A stretch of DNA of 64,000 nt, from positions 7,092,325 to 7,156,324 of the forward strand of contig BDGG01000001.1 in NCBI GenBank assembly GCA_001949185.1, in the 5' to 3' direction. The first letter of the stretch is position 1. Each line of letters begins with the position of its first letter. Made by a program: the position numbers and the translations under genes. The notes beneath the pieces are model-generated. The model saw nothing but the letters and a program-made list of their open reading frames with translations, was not told the origin of the DNA and made no database searches. The DNA is from Ramazzottius varieornatus (taxonomy: Eukaryota > Animalia > Tardigrada). This document shows, in pieces, positions 50,610 to 61,237 of the stretch.

Positions 50610-53600
50610 ATGGAGTCCGGTATCGACGACTCGCACAAGGGACATCGCAAGCCGCACGGAGGACGAAAGGCCGAGAAGAAGGAGGAATCTCGCCTGAAGA
50701 CCGATGTCCCGCTCCAGAAGCAAAAGCACAGTGAAACGGCCAAGCAGAGGAACCCCAAAGCCTTCACGTTCCAGTCTATTGTGAAAGCTGAACGTACTTT
50801 CCGTCGGACGGCCGACGTCAAGGAAAAGAAGACACGACTACCTGAGGTGAAGCAAAAGCAGTTGATTTCATTTCAATGGCGCTTGACGTCACGTGCTGTG
50901 AGGTGCTGCACGTCTAATCGAATTGCGATATGGTGACGTAAGGTGCCTGTCTCGATTTGTAGATTGACCGGACGCCCGAGCTTCCTCCCCCGTACGTCGT
51001 AGCCGTCGTCGGTCCACCAAAAGTCGGCAAAACCATCTTGATGCAATGTCTCATCAAGTCCTTTACACGAAACAACATCAACAACATTCGAGGTCCCGTG
51101 ACGTTGGTATCAGGGAAGAAGCGTCGGATAACACTGATAGAATGCAACAACGATATCAACGCCATGATCGATGTCGCCAAAGTGGCCGACCTCGTCCTGC
51201 TTCTCATCGACGCCAAGTTTGGCTTCGAGATGGAGACGTTCGAGTTCTTAAATATCTGTCAAGTACACGGCTTCCCAAAGATCATGGGAGTGCTAACACA
51301 CCTGGATATGTTCCGAGAGAGCAAAGCTATGCAGAAAACGAAGAAGAGGTTGAAACAACGCTTTTGGACGGAGATCTATCAAGGCGCGAAGCTTTTCTAC
51401 ATTTCTGGGCTGAAGAATGGCGAATACATGAGGAGAGACGTCAAGAATTTAGGTATAGTACATGGACTGCTCGGCAAACAAACTCGGCCAACAAACTCGG
51501 CCAGATTGTTTCTACCAGTGGCGCACTTCGTCAGCCACTAAGACCGAAAGCATCGCCACTTGGAAAACAATCTTGCCGAGTTTGTTTGCAAAGCTCTCGT
51601 ATGTCGGTTGTCTGTAATGTAACAGCTAGCACGGTATGTTTTACAGGAAGATTCATCTCCATTCAGAAATTCCGTCCGCTACAGTGGCGTTCCACGCATC
51701 CCTACATTCTGTCAGATAGAATGGAGGATGTGACGGACCCGGAAAAGATTCGGGCACATCCAAAGCAGGATCGAGATGTATGCTTTTATGGATATGTCAG
51801 AGGCGCTCAGTTGAAAGACAAATCGTTCGTCCACATCGCAGGTAAAAAACGTTTCCACTTTTAATAGAAGCTCGCTTTTCAAACTATAGATCAGTTTTCG
51901 GTGACTTACATACATACATACGAGGTACGTATGCCGAATGGACGGCTCTAGACTATAGTCTATACAAGGTGCGTGAAAGAGGGACAGATATAGCCTCACA
52001 TAGGATCGTTTCTGTAAGTGGCGCACGCTTTCGGCCAGTAACACAGAGGCTGTGTGCCACTTGAGTAAACAATTTGCGTGAATTCGTTTGCCGACACCCC
52101 ATTCTGTTCTCAGACTTCCGAGGAGACAAAGCACACATTTTTACGTTTCTTTTCTTTTCCCAGGTTGCGGTGATTTCGCCATCGACAGCGTCACACTCAT
52201 GAAAGATCCCTGTCCACTTCCGGGTGCCGAGAAGAAGCGTTCGTTGAACGAGAAGGAGAAGCTCATCTACGCACCACTGTCCGGTATGCGTGGGACCACG
52301 TACGACAAAGATGCCATCTACATTGACATGGGCAGCAACTACAACGCGGGCAACAGGAATGCCTACCAAGGAGAACGGAAGCTGACGGCGGCAGAACAAC
52401 TCATGGAGACCTTCAAAGACTCCAGTGAGATGATCGACGAGAAGCTCAAGACGTCACAGTTCAAGCTAACGTCAGAAGCAAAAGCTGTGACGGGTGAGGA
52501 GTTCGACGCGAATACGAAGATGATCGAATCGAGAAGGGAAGAAGTCGTGGAGGACGGTGGCAGGAGACGACGCCGAGTCGTCTTTGACGATAAAGATATG
52601 GACGACGGGGAAGATGGTGAAATGGACGACGACGAAGCAGAAGAAGAAGATGAAGACGACGAGGAGGAAATGGCTGGTCGACCTGGTAGAATGTTCGCCG
52701 GTGCGTAAAGTCACCAAAATTGCTTTTCGCCGAACTGTAAGATTCAGACAAAGAAATCCTGTCAAAATTGCACTTAAAAAACACGCACAGGAAAGTTTTC
52801 GTCGGTGTAGTTCTCGTACCAAACTGAATGACACGCGTGTTTTGACTAATGCGGTTCGACTTCCGGTGCGCAAACTGAAAAACGGCTTAAACGGCTTGAC
52901 CGTCTCTAGCTCAGCTCGTGCACGGAAAGCTGCGTTGTACTGGAGAAAACCGTCAAGTGTTATCACAGAGTGCGCAGCTTAAAACCATGAATGCCAATAG
53001 GGTGAGGATCTGTAGAACCAGTCTTGTGCGTGTTTTGCAGGTGAAGATTTCGAAGGGGACGGTGAAGGGGACTTTGAGTTTGATGACGACTCGGAAGACG
53101 ACGAAGGTGTGAGTTCGCGGTGGAAGGTCGACCTCAAGTCAAGAGGTGCGGAGCTTTACAGCGGACGACTGTCTTCGGTGGACAAGCTCAAGAAACTCAT
53201 CTATGGACAGCAAGAAGAAAAGAACGACGGGGACGATGAAACCGAAATCTTAGGTGGTCTTCTGCGGGTTGTGCAGAAGAACACGCAGGACATGGCCAGC
53301 AAACGAGGGAACAACATGCTGGAAAGTACGAGATTCCACTCGGATGAAAAGAAGAGTGGTGGTGAAATGGTGGATGACTTGCGATCGAGGCTGAAGAGTC
53401 TCTTCTTGACGACGAAAGTCGGGGAGGATGACGAAAGGGAAGGCGTGAAGAAGAACAGAAAGACTGGGGAGGATGACGATGAAGACCTGTATGGAGACTT
53501 CGAAGACCTGGAGCAGAAAGGCGGAAGTCTGTTTCCGAAAAGCGCAGCAAAAGAAGACGACGGCGATGACATGGACGAGGTAAATTTCACTCAGAAACAA

Positions 53601-56168
53601 GCTGAAAGAAAATCTTAACCTACGAAAACTCGAACAAAATACCGGTACCATTATTCGCATGAATTGGGAGGCCGGCAAACGAAACGTACCAGATCGCTAC
53701 ATCAAGTGGCGCACACTGTGAGCCAATGACATGTAAACGTGCGCCACTTGAGAAAACGATTTTGTACGGTTCGTTTACTGGTCTTTCGGCCGTGTTTTTT
53801 TTCTGGTCTTGAATTCTCATTTCCGTTGTAATAAACCATTTTGTGTTTTAGGACGAAGAAGGAGATGAGGAGGAAGTAGACGCAAAAGAAGAGAAACCAG
53901 AAGTAGGAAAAGCTCCTCCTGCCGGAAATGAGAACAGTCGAATGGCAAAGATCATGGAAAAGAAGCGGAAACTGAAAGAAGCTTTCGACGCAGAGTTCGA
54001 TGAGGAAAAGACCATTGGCAAGAAGACTTACTACGACACGCTGAAGGAAGATGTCGCGCATCAAGACCAGGCCAACCGTTCCGAGTTCGCCGGACTGGAT
54101 AACGAGCAGCGCATCCGCTACGAAGGCTTCCGCCCTGGTCTCTACGTCCGTGTACAGATCAACAAGGTCCCCATGGAACTAGTGACCAACTTCGACCCAA
54201 CGTACCCGTACTTGATCGGCGGTCTGCTGAGTCAAGAACAGAACATCGGGTTTGTACAGGTAAGAAGACTGCAAAAAATTATAGTATGCTGCGCGACAAC
54301 CACCTACATACATTTCATGGCCTGCGCTGTAGTTGCTGTATGTAGGTTCTTGATGATTTGACGGCTCAGTTATTCGGCTGTCAATGCGGCGCGACAGTCA
54401 CCTGGATACTGTGAACTAACGGCTTTTTCACTGAATGTGGTATGCAGGCTGTTGATGAACCGGTCAGAATGTCGTATCTTACTCTTTGCAGGTTAGGCTA
54501 AAGAAGCATAGGTGGTATCCGAGGATATTAAAGAATAGGGACCCGATGATCGTGTCGTTGGGTTGGAGAAGATTCCAGACGCTGCCAGTGTACTCTACAC
54601 AAGACCACAACATGCGGAACAGAATGCTGAAGTACACCCCGATGCACATGCACTGCTTGGCTAGCTTCTGGGGACCCATTACCCCACAAGGCACCGGTAA
54701 GAACTTTTGAAGGTATCTGGGCAGGCAAAATTTACCAGATTGTTATCTCAAGTGGCGCACAGTTTCGGTATCGTTGACCGGAAGCCTGCGCCATTTTGCA
54801 GTATAATTTTTATATCGAGCTTGGCCTTCCGAGTGGCGCACGTTTGCGTTGTAACTGAATGGTAGAGTGCGCCAGTTCGAAAAAGAGATCTGGTACATTT
54901 TGTTCGCCCAGCTCCCAGATTTTTTCTTGTTCGGGAATGGTTTTGACGATTTTTTATCATAGGTATGTTGTCGGTGGAAAGTGTGAGGACTGCCGGTCAA
55001 GAGACCGGCTTCCGCATAACCTCCACCGGTGTCGTCCTGGACTTGAACAAGTCCGTCGACGTCGTCAAGAAGCTCAAGCTGACCGGTGAGCCTCTCAAGA
55101 TCTTCCGCAAGACGGCCTTCGTCAAAGGTATGTTCAACTCGGCGCTGGAGATCAGTCGCTTCGAAGGTGCGGCCATCCGTACTGTCAGTGGCATCCGTGG
55201 ACAGATCAAGCGTGCCTTGAAAGAACCCGAAGGCGCCTTCCGCGCCACTTTTGAAGACAAGATCCTGCCCAGCGACATCGTGTTCGTCCGGACGTGGTTC
55301 AAGATCGACGTTCCACAGTTCTACAACCCACTGACCAACCTGCTGCTCCCGCATGAACAACGTCTACAGTGGCAGGTAAAAATTAAAAATAAGTGCTTGA
55401 GACAATGTTGTGCTAGAAATTCCGAAAAATTAACATCAAAACGAATCAGGTGGAAAAGGATCGGGACCTAGGCAAACAAACTCTATAGGTTTCGTTTTTT
55501 CAAGTGGCGCACGCTTCCAGCCCGTAACCTGAGAACGTGTACCACTGTGGACTGTAAACAAAATCGCTTTCCAAGTGGCGCACTATTCCAGTGTTACTGG
55601 CTAGAAGCGTGCGCCACTTGGGAAGACAATCTTGCCGTGTTTGTTTGTCGAGCTTCCAGATGAATGGTGGAAAAATCAGTAGGTTTTTTGATCGACTGGT
55701 CTGGACTGGTAGTGCTAAAATAGCTTGTTGCTTTTGCAGGGAATGAGAAGGGTCGGTGAGATCCGTCGGGAACTGGGCCAGAAAACCGAGCAGAACAAAG
55801 ACTCATTCTACAAGCCGATCGTCCGGAAAGAGAGAAGGTTCAAACCGTTAATTGTCCCACGCGATATCCAGAGCTCACTTCCCTACAAAGATAAGCCGAA
55901 GAACAGACCGAAGAAGGGTAAGATCCATCCGGATATGCAGAAGGTGGCGGTGGTCCTTGAGCCAAAGGAGAGGTCCATCGGGCAGATGCTCAAAGAAATG
56001 GAAGCCATCCATAAAGACAAGGCGACGAAACAGAAGAAAGACGCTGCTCAGAAGAAGGAAATCTATGTTAAGCAGAATGCGCTGCTGAAAGAAAAGTACG
56101 ATGCGGCGCAGAGGAGGATGAAGAAGGCGGTTTGTAAGAGACTCGATCGACGCCAAAGCAAGAAATGA
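50610..56168 (+). CDS. BMS1: Ribosome biogenesis GTPase BMS1, multi-exon
   Basis: [98 protein letters not shown]. Confidence 0.97.
51467..51598. repeat. Family A, 1 unit with a locally duplicated left end (BMS1 intron)
   Basis: Core at 51519, ~N26; the CTCGGC(A/C)AACAAA segment is duplicated. Confidence 0.88.
51980..52095. repeat. Family A, 1 unit (BMS1 intron)
   Basis: Core at 52019, N27. Confidence 0.86.
53666..53787. repeat. Family A, 1 unit (BMS1 intron)
   Basis: Core at 53707, N26. Confidence 0.9.
54302..54449. repeat. Family B dyad, 2 units (BMS1 intron)
   Basis: ACCTACATAC(54302)-N26-GTATGTAGGT and ACCTGGATAC(54400)-N30-GTATGCAGGC. Confidence 0.75.
54718..54917. repeat. Family A, 2-unit array (BMS1 intron)
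   Basis: Cores at 54753 and 54834, both N27, period 81. Confidence 0.9.
55470..55657. repeat. Family A, 2-unit array (BMS1 intron)
   Basis: Cores at 55505 (N26) and 55576 (N27), period 71. Confidence 0.9.
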
Positions 56169-56568
56169 TATTCTTCTTGAATGAAATTTTCAAGATACTT
56201 CCCTGTTATTTCTTTGTGTTGGTATTTCAGTATCTTTGCGCGCGTTATAAAAAATCGGGATGTAAAAAAGCAAGAGAAACCAGTCGGAATTCGGAAATGA
56301 TTTTTGAATTTATCTCGATGAGTTATATTCGGAATCGTACGATCAATCAATCAAGAGTGGTCTACAACGATAACCTATACACATCTTCGTTCCGAATGTT
56401 TACTGCTACTTCATAGTCCATCATATCGCCACCAACGCCACAAGAATTGGTTCAGAAGAGCATAAATACAATGGTTGCTCTACGGTGATGGTAAAAGAGA
56501 ACTTTACATGACTCTACGCTGAACAGGAAACGATTATCAAAGCATGAGAGAGAATTGGCCTTGGCAGT

Positions 56569-56907
56569 TTAAAAGCCGTGGACTTTCAGCTGGCTAGACT
56601 TGGCGATGGCGTTTGTGGTCAGAAACTCGCAGATGTTGTTACGTTGATCACCCTGGAACTGGATAACCTCGCCATACTCGGGGTGTTCGACGACCGTTCC
56701 ATTGCAGCAGAAAGTCTTCTTACAGGCCCGAATGATCTTCTTCAAATCATACTGTGGAGCGATGCCTTGAACGGTGGTTAAAGTCTTGCGTCCGTTACGT
56801 TGCTGGATACGGATGTGAATCAAGCCCTCCGAACCACGCTCATCACCCTTCACCGCATCTTGAAATGGATCAAACGGTGCACTGATGTTGTCCACTTGAG
56901 TCGACAT
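56569..56907 (-). CDS. EIF1: Translation initiation factor eIF1 (SUI1); single coding exon, probable 5'-UTR intron at ~56952-57039
   Basis: FDPF..IHIRIQQRNGRKTLTTVQG..CNGTVVEHPEYGEVIQFQGDQR..KVHGF. Confidence 0.97.
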   Translation of the reverse strand: MSTQVDNISAPFDPFQDAVKGDERGSEGLIHIRIQQRNGRKTLTTVQGIAPQYDLKKIIRACKKTFCCNGTVVEHPEYGEVIQFQGDQRNNICEFLTTNAIAKSSQLKVHGF

Positions 56908-57059
56908 GAGATAGAAATGTCCTTGAGAAGACGACTGCGATCGATGGAAACCTGCGAAACGGAGAAATTCATTCAAAGATCCACCAGCAACGTACTTCAA
57001 GGTGACAAGTTCTACAGTGAGGCCCACAATTCACTCTCACCTTGGGCTCTGAAGATCCT

Positions 57060-57500
57060 GGAAGAACTTAGAGGAAATCCGGGAGTCTGGAAGAAAAATC
57101 AAACGAAGGAAACCTTTTGCGGATAATCCGAAATTGAAATCCAGCTTTGAATTGAATATTTGACTGAGAACGACGAGTCGACGCAGAATCGTTACGTGAT
57201 CGTGTGACTCTACTCGTTCGATACGTCATCACACGTACGACTTGATTGCTTCTGCGAACTGGGTTGTACGACTGGTGAGATCGCCATTGCAGTGAGTCGA
57301 GTCACATACGAGTCACATCAAGTCGAAAACGACTGGGTAAATTGTGACATCACGTTCTGTTTTACATCAGCAGGCAGTGAACCGGGGTAGATGTCCGCTA
57401 TTCCGCTTGTCTTTCATACTGTAGACAACAAATTTCGTGTCTTCGTCCCGTTCAGTTCTCGTGTTCCTTGACGCTTCAGGTCTTTTGGCGCTATTTACGA
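57060..57500. promoter_or_regulatory. Probable bidirectional promoter, eIF1/RAD1
   Basis: Divergent ATGs are ~650 bp apart; the interval is CpG-rich with repeated GAGTC/GACTC words. Confidence 0.45.
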
Positions 57501-57554
57501 TTGTGTAGGTTGCTGTTTGTCTGTTCAACTGAGGGTAGAAGTCCTCCTTCGAAG

Positions 57555-59157
57555 ATGCCGGCAAGAAACAGCGAGATGCACGAGGAGCAGCGATCACAAG
57601 CGACCTCTGATGTTAACACCACCACTCAAGAAACCGTCCGTGATAGCCATCGCGGAGATGTCTTCATCGCCAAGCTGGAAAGCTCCAACTTAAAGACTGT
57701 CATTCGAATCTTAAAGTCCATTTCGTCCAAGAAGGTAGAAGTCCGAAAGCTCTTTTCTACAGTACTTGTTTTTCCGTTTTCCCTTAGTGCGCGATCTCAT
57801 CCGGGCATGGTCCCTGCTTTGCAGATTGCACACTTTCACGCTGTCGAGAGTGGAATCAAGTTCATCATACAAGAGCCTGGACGGTTTCAGATGACCGCTT
57901 ACTTGGCAAAGGAGCTGTTCGTCCAATATGACTGTCGGAAGGGTGAAGTGAGATTCAAAGTCAGCTTGGAAAATGTGTTGGTAAGTTCGAAACCAAACTG
58001 CCCTAGACGTCATAAGAGTGCACCGCTTTATGCTGGCTTTCGCCTACCAACTTGCCTCACCGCGATGATGTCTTGCGCCGCTTCGAATACCGTGCTTATG
58101 CTGTTTGCAGAATTCCCTTCAAATGTTTGTTGGTATTCACGGACAAGCCACCACGGCGCTCTTCACTTACAAGGGTGAAGGGCACGCATTAAAGATACAG
58201 ATCGAGGAGTCGGGCTTTCACACGGACTGTGAGATCAAGACTATCAACGTGGACGAGCTCGTGGAAGTTGACTTCCGGCACGAAGACCGTTTGTGTCGAG
58301 TGATCTGCAAGGTGCCCCAGTACTCCGTTATTCACGTTTTATTCGCGTACTTTCCTTGATAAAATTTTCTTCTCTAGTCTGATTGCATGAGGGACGCGTT
58401 CCAGAGTATCCTCTTCTGGCCGTCGACCGCAGTCACCATTAAAATGTCCAACAGAGCACCGTACTTCACTCTGGAAACCGTTTCCGACCAGGGCACTTCC
58501 GCCGCCACAATAAGCAAAGGTATTGTACCTAGAATAACGTTAATTTAATGAAGAAGGAACAGACTTGAATCGCACGTCGAAAGGAAGTGGGATGTGGGCA
58601 GATGAACTGAAATTGTTTTGTCACATGGCGCATGTTTTCGTTGCTTTGGGCTGCAGGTGTGCGCCACTTGGGAAAACGGTCTGGTTCGAATCATTTGCCC
58701 ACGTCCCAAGTGATACTTCACTTCCGGTTTACACTCTGATCGCGTTTGCGTTGCAGATTCAGACTACATCGAAAATTTTGAGTGTCCGAATGATATCAGG
58801 TTCGGGTACGTTACTTTTGATATCAGCGTCGTGATATTATTATGGTGTCGGACATGGGTGAGCATGCTGAATAACTCTTGTGGCTGTGGGTTGTTCGTAG
58901 TTACCGTCAATTGATGATCAAGCAAGCCCAGAAGGCCCTCGCGATCTCCGAGAAGACGTCTATACGTATTGATGGTCGCGGAGTACTTCTGATGCAGTTC
59001 ATGATCCGGACGGAAGAAGAAGTTACTACTTTCATTGAATTTGGGGTACGCTGACAGTCAATCGCTTGACAATTTACTTCAAGCCTTAACTGTAAGCTTT
59101 ACTGGGCCGTTTAATTTGCAGTGTGTACCGCATATCGATGTGGACGAGCACGAGTGA
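57555..59157 (+). CDS. RAD1: Checkpoint clamp (9-1-1) subunit RAD1, 7 coding exons
   Basis: Spliced product contains YKGEGHALKIQIEESG..CEIKT, SDCMRDAF, APYFTLET, DSDYIENFEC and KALAISEKTSIRIDGRGVLLMQFMI..FIEFGCVP, collinear with RAD1/MRT-2. Confidence 0.87.
58588..58708. repeat. Family A, 1 unit (RAD1 intron)
   Basis: Core at 58626, N27; outer arms GGGATGTGGGCAGATGA / TCATTTGCCCACGTCCC. Confidence 0.9.
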
Positions 59158-59800
59158 AATCTTTCGAGGGATGAAAGAGTTGTTGCACATATTGCATTTT
59201 CCTTGTATTCTGGTGTCGAACCCTGGACGACTGTGATACTTCTATAGTTGATTCTGTAAGCCAAAATTCCAGTATCTTTCTCGAGCTTTTTTGACCACGT
59301 ATATCATATCGAAACAAAGGCAGCTTTCTGCCACTTATAATTGAATCGTGTTGCGGCATTAGATGTAATTTTCAACTTGTACCGTAGTTCCGCGGAGAAC
59401 GAATATTACTACTAAATAAACTAATGATCTCACCCGATGAGGTTGTTCTCGTAGGTATAACACGGTCGCTTTCAGCTTCCGCGGTACCTCGGGCCGTAAA
59501 AGACCACTCTATGAATTATGGAGGATGACTTGTCAAGCTTAAATATACGAGCCACGCTATGGCCCACCAGCAGCAGTTATCGCGGCCAGTTTGGTAGGTC
59601 AAAAGCGGCAGCTGAGTGAATTAACCAGAATGACGACCTACCGCGTTCGCGTGGCCAAAGTGTCTACTACTGCGCGTGTTCGAAGGAATGACTCGTATCC
59701 CACTGTGGCGTGGCGCTTGCCGACGTAGATTTATTTATTTATGGTTGATTTTTCATCTTACAGGCTTCCATGCAGCTCAGGTGTAGAAAAGTCTGGTCTT

Positions 59801-60363
59801 TTATAGCGAGATCTTCCAGTGGGATCTGCGTTCTTGTAGTCTTGGTGCTGCTAGTGAGCTTTGCGATTGGAAACCTCGTGGGAGTTCGTCAGAAGTTATA
59901 GTGATGACGCGAAGGGTTCGCACCAGCTGCAATTTCTCAAGTAGCAGGATGAGCGGATGTCGGTTCTCACGTACCAACAGGCCGAAATTTTCCCAAAACA
60001 GTGAGTCAGACTCGGAAGTCCGCAGAAGTGGGATCGGATGAGTGGATCTGGAACTATCAGGCAAAACGCAGTACGACTTGATCCATAGAAATAGCTTCAA
60101 GTCGACTTACGCTCCATGTATTTGACATTTATGTCACGGTGCGGGAAGATTCCCAGATCCTCAGCGGGCACAGTAGCGGGCACAGTAGCGGCCGCCGGGA
60201 CAAGCGGTGGAGCAGCTTGAACGGCTGGAGCTGCCAGGTTGACGACGTTCTCGACGATTTCATTAAAGGTGTTTTCTGCGACAGGTGGGGGCTGTTGTCC
60301 TTCGGGGTATCCCTCCGGAATCCCGACGTAAAACTCCAAGAGAGAGTCCGTGGAGTAGGCCAT
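59801..60363 (-). pseudogene. Two overlapping orphan ORFs joined by a 1-nt frame offset (possible frameshifted gene)
   Basis: An 88-codon ORF (Pro/Ala-rich, ..KYMERKST) runs straight into a 99-codon ORF (LKLFLWIKSY..) at 60097-60100. No family recognised. Confidence 0.25.
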
Positions 60364-60570
60364 TTCTGACGCTAAGACGATTCTGGATAGATGTGCCTAC
60401 AATGTGAGAAAGTCTCAGGAGCACGACGGACTCTGCCGAGACACTTCGACAGGTTCTCAAAAGATTCCCGAGAACATCGGTGTAGCAGTATGACATCACA
60501 TTACATAACTGACATTACAATATTTCCGTTAGTGGCGCTAACTCTTCCAACCTTATGCCGCTGTTCTCAG

Positions 60571-61237
60571 AATTCTCTTCACATGTTTGTCGGCATTCAC
60601 GGACAAGCCACCAGGGTTCTTTTACATACAAGGGTGAAGGACACGCGTTGAAGATTCAAATCGAGGAGTCGGGATTCCACACGGACTTTGAGATCAAGAC
60701 CATCAACGTGGACGAGCTCGTGGAAGTTGACTTCCGGCACGGAGAGCGCTTTTGTCGCGTGATTTGCAAGGTACCTCAGTACTCTGTTATTCTCCTTAAT
60801 TCGCGTATTTTGCTTATGTGTTGTTCATTTTCTAGTCTGATTGCGTCAAGGACACGTGCGGCCTTACAGAGTGTCCTCGTCTGGCTGTCGACTGCAATCA
60901 CCATTAAAATGTTATGTTTAAACGGTATCAGGCTCAGGTACGTTACTTTTGATAACAACGCCGTGAAAAATCATTGTGATGCCGGAAGTGGGTGGGGATG
61001 TTGAATAACTGAAATGGATTCCTCGTAGTTATCGACAGTCGATGTTCCGCATTGATGGTCGAGGAGTGCTCGTAAAACAGTTCATGAAACGGACCCAAGA
61101 AAAAGTCCCTACGTTTATTGAATTCGCAGTACGTTGAGAGTTACCTGACAATTTTACTTCGTATCTTAACTGTGAATTGTACTGGCCGGTTTTTTGTAGT
61201 TTACACCACATGTCAACGTGGACGATCACGAGTATAG
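60571..61237 (+). pseudogene. Partial, internally deleted duplicate of RAD1 (exons 3-7 with introns)
   Basis: 60571-60770 is closely similar to RAD1 exon 58111-58310. The following introns and exons are recognisable but carry indels and two large deletions; exons 1-2 are absent. Confidence 0.88.

Noticed and set aside
54743-55360. Long antisense ORFs over BMS1, LACTB and HEATR5 exons
   Set aside because: They are shadow frames of GC3-rich coding sequence with no independent features.
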